In this document: piece after piece, positions 60,755-64,000 of the stretch
How the letters are laid out: each line of letters opens with the position of its first letter
How positions within the stretch are numbered: the first letter of the stretch is position 1
From: Zootoca vivipara
Taxonomy: Eukaryota
Reading direction: 5' to 3'
Assembly: GCF_963506605.1 (NCBI RefSeq)
Contig: NC_083288.1
Location: forward strand, 29,574,001-29,638,000
DNA: 64,000 nt
The notes under the pieces: generated by a model
Databases searched by the model: none
Seen by the model: only the letters and a program-made list of their open reading frames with translations
Told to the model about the DNA's origin: nothing
Position numbers and translations under genes: made by a program

Positions 60755-61626
60755 AAAGAGGGAGCAGGAGGGAGAGAGGAAGGAAAGAGGTGAGAGAAAG
60801 AAGAGTAGGAAAGAAGGAATAAAGAAGGAAAGAAAAAGAAAGAGGGAGAGAAGACAGAGATAAAGAAGGAAGGAAGGAGAGGGAAAGAAAGAATAAGAAC
60901 GAGAGAGAGGAAGAAAGAAAGGGAAGGGGGGGTCGCTGCCTTGATTCAGCGCCAGAAAAGAGCGCGAAGGGACCCAGGGGCAAAAAGCATTTCCCGTGCA
61001 GCGTGAGGCAGCGGGTGTCCGTTTTAGGAGAAGTGCATGAAGCCTCAGAGTTGCACGTTCATGAGGCTGAGCCGCTGCTGAGCTCACGTTCAGGAGGAGG
61101 AGGAGGTGAGGCAAGAGGAGGAGGAGGCAGCGGCTTGCCAGGTCGGTGCCCGGCAGCGCCGTGTGGAGAGTCCCGAGCCTCTGGGACGCAGCAGTGCACT
61201 GTAGCACTTTGAATCCTCCTCCTCCTCCATGCGGCGCTGCTGGGTGCTCTGTCTGTGCTTCAGCAGCAGCAGCAGCAGCAGCAACCATTTCCAGGCGCCG
61301 AGCCGTGGCAGGAGGAGGAGGATTCAAAGTGCTACAGAGCACTGCTGCGTCCCAGAGGCTCGGGACTCTCTGCACAGCGCTGCCGGGCGCTGACCCGGCA
61401 AGCTGCCTCCTCCTTCTCCTGCTGTGGCTTGGGGCGCTCCACGCAGCGCTGCTCCGGCCGCCTTTCTACCCCCCTGGCCCCAGCTGTTTGTCGGCGCTTT
61501 GTCGGCAGCGGCGCTTCAGCAGCAAGGTCCCGCTGCTGGGTCCTGCTGGCTGGGGCGCTCGGCGGGCCACATGACGAGGTCTGGCGGGCCGAATTTGGCC
61601 CCCGGGCCTTGTGTTTGACACCCGTG
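59934..61626 (-). mobile_element. 1.67-kb non-autonomous hAT (copy 2, inverted; contains an assembly gap)
   Basis: Near-identical reverse complement of 55162-56835; flanks gcttatac and ctgtatat. Confidence 0.88.
60401..60545. other. Assembly gap (N run)
   Basis: Read directly from the sequence. Confidence 1.
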
Positions 61627-64000
61627 CTGTATATTAAATCCTTACTTGGGGTAGTACTATCACAGAACGTGATTAATGACTACAGAATTTTTTTGAAAAT
61701 GATCAGGTCACAAATAGAAAAAGAGGTGCTGAATATAAAACAATTCACATTTTCTATATGTGAGACCAATAGTAGCAGAACAGATCACAAACTCTTAGTC
61801 ACCATTGCAAGCAAGGGCCTCAAGAATACTCCAGATATCCCCCCCACCCCCCCGGCCCAAGTAAAATCTATCATATTTCGTTAGAGTTTCCACCTGGTTG
61901 AAATTTAGTGGTAGCTCATGCATTGCCCAGAGCTTTTAGCACAGTGGAGATAAGCAGTGAGACTGACTGTGAGGTGGTATGTGGCAAATGATAGTTTAAA
62001 AATGGCCAGTCTCTACAAGTGCATGGACTGAACTGAGATAGGGCAAAAGAATACTCTTCAGATGGTTATATGGGCCATCTCTACAGGTGAGTCAGCCCAC
62101 AGAATGTCAAATCCATACACTGATCCTACAGTTAAGACTCATGGTAACTGACGGGGTAATATTTAAAGGAGAAATTCTAGACCCCAATAGCTTCAGACTA
62201 GTGCAGTGGTGTGCGGTCATTGGACTAAGGGGACTAGGCTAGTCCTCTAAATGTTCCCCTGGTGCCTCCTTCCCAAAGCCCAGGAAGCTTCTGCCAAGCT
62301 TAGGGAAGGAGGTACGAGGCTCCAATGGGTCCAACATCTATCCTGCCATCTTCCCAAAGCCCATCTGGCTTTTGGAAGGAGACAGGAGGGCTCCAGCAGC
62401 TTGGCAGAGCCCTACTACCACCTTCACATTGTGACCTAAGCTTCTGCCCAGCTGAGGGATGGAGGTGCAATGCTCACATGCCTGACATCAGGACATCACA
62501 ACATCACACACATGATATTGACCCCTCCCAATGCCCTTTGGAAGTTAGTGCCTCTGGCCCTAGCTCTTCCCCTATGAGAAATTTCACCGCATGCCACTGG
62601 AATAGTAGGCTCGATGAAAGCAAATTAAAAATTATAAAGGATTTGCTGAAAAATGCCTTTGACTCCAAACAAATGTTTATTTGGCATCACAAAATGACTG
62701 GACCATGTAACTAGAAAAAGGAAAATCCCCTGCTAAGCTCTTCTTCAATAGAAAACTCAGGACCAGACTACAATGTGCAGAATACCTGAAATGTGACTTA
62801 ACACAAGGCATTCAGTCTCAGATACAAAAGAAATGGAGACAAAAAATGTATGATGTCATAGAGTTATAAGCACAAATCCCATTACAACCAAAGGTGACCG
62901 TCAAAATGCATGATGGTATCATATGGACACATAGGTTCTCTTAACAAAACAGTAACTTCCAGATCATATCAAATACAGGACTCAGTTTGTCAAGTATTCC
63001 AATGCAACAGAAAGGATCTACTTCAGATATCATAAAAGGGAGGAAAGAATGGCAGAAGTAGGAGGAACACAGTGATGGTGGGATAGTGAGCTAGTCATAT
63101 CTCACACCAGTATTTTAAATATTATATAGTAAGTTGTTTTGAAACAGGATGGTTTATTTACATACCTTGATTATTTGTGTTAGACCCATAGGGCAAAGTC
63201 TTTAAAAAACCACCATGGTTGTTTTGTGTTGGACTCCTGAGTCCAAGCTTCCAGGAACACAATTGCTAATTTGTTTGGGGCTCTTGAGAGCAAACTCCCA
63301 GGAACATAAATAGAATGATAATAATAATTTCCCACCCAATGGTAAAAGCATCGTTCTGCAAGTGTATACAAACATTTTCACTGTCTCAGAAGAAAAGGAG
63401 GGAGAGATTTAGAAAGAAAATGTTCCATGAGTGGTTAGAAGAATACAGAACATCTTAAAGTGATGAAGAAATTGCATCTGGAAATCTATTTTCTATAAAG
63501 GAAAAGAGTAAGGTGTTTATATTTTTTTATAGCATTAGTGATACCTGGATAGCTTTTGGAGAGCAAAATGCAGACAATACTACTATATTATAGTCTATTG
63601 TGTAGAATGGGAAATTATCCTTGTTCTAGGTATCTCCAGAGGATTACAATTGCTTTGCTACTCCATGCTTTTTTGTACAGCCCTCAGAAGCTGCACCAGG
63701 TTTTGATAATCCAAACCAGGCCAGGACTAATGGTTAGCCTCTCTCATACCCAAACCTGAGCTGCAACCAAGAACAAAACTTCACTTCAGCTCCTAATGAG
63801 TGAGGAGAGGGCTTCAGCACTTCATTCGGTTTGGCTTGGCTTGGTTTATCATAGTGTGGCAGCAAAAAGATCTGGGAATCAGCAAAGCAGCTGTAAGCTT
63901 CTTTACAAGAGCTTATACATTTCTACATTCAGTTGGTACATACATATATGCACAGTGGACATTAAGATTAGAAACATACAACAAGAATTAAAACAGTGGA
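61627..64000 (+). repeat. Start of the next OR duplication unit (paralog of 21988-26700 without the young insertions)
   Basis: Colinear similarity and a promoter block at ~63180-63515; suggests another OR beyond the window. Confidence 0.8.

Overview
Vertebrate nuclear DNA, most likely from a squamate and probably a lacertid lizard (inferred from the repeat content: Sauria-type SINE, RTE-BovB, CR1 with an (ATTCTATG)n tail, squamate L1/L2). The window is a tandem cluster of class II, family-14-like olfactory receptor (OR) genes, all on the + strand: five open ORFs, one pseudogene and one ~30-bp relic. They sit in duplicated ~10-kb units that each also carry a fossil Gypsy pol fragment and a conserved putative promoter/non-coding first exon. 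Because the units are paralogous, empty sites let many young insertions be delimited exactly. Highlights: (1) a 1375-bp non-autonomous hAT element (8-bp TSD) has captured a GC-rich host segment, consisting of an intron end, a splice acceptor and a rapunzel-like ORF. It lies in sense orientation inside the presumed 5'-UTR intron of an OR, and a sister element has the same ends but different internal DNA (Pack-type hAT). (2) Two diverged ~2-kb TSD-flanked, L1-type non-autonomous retroposons share promoter-like motifs and a short MST..YS..F..VL acidic ORF. (3) A 3.1-kb inversion is bounded by two inverted copies of a cargo-bearing hAT whose TSDs are swapped. All family names come from motif recognition, not from database searches.
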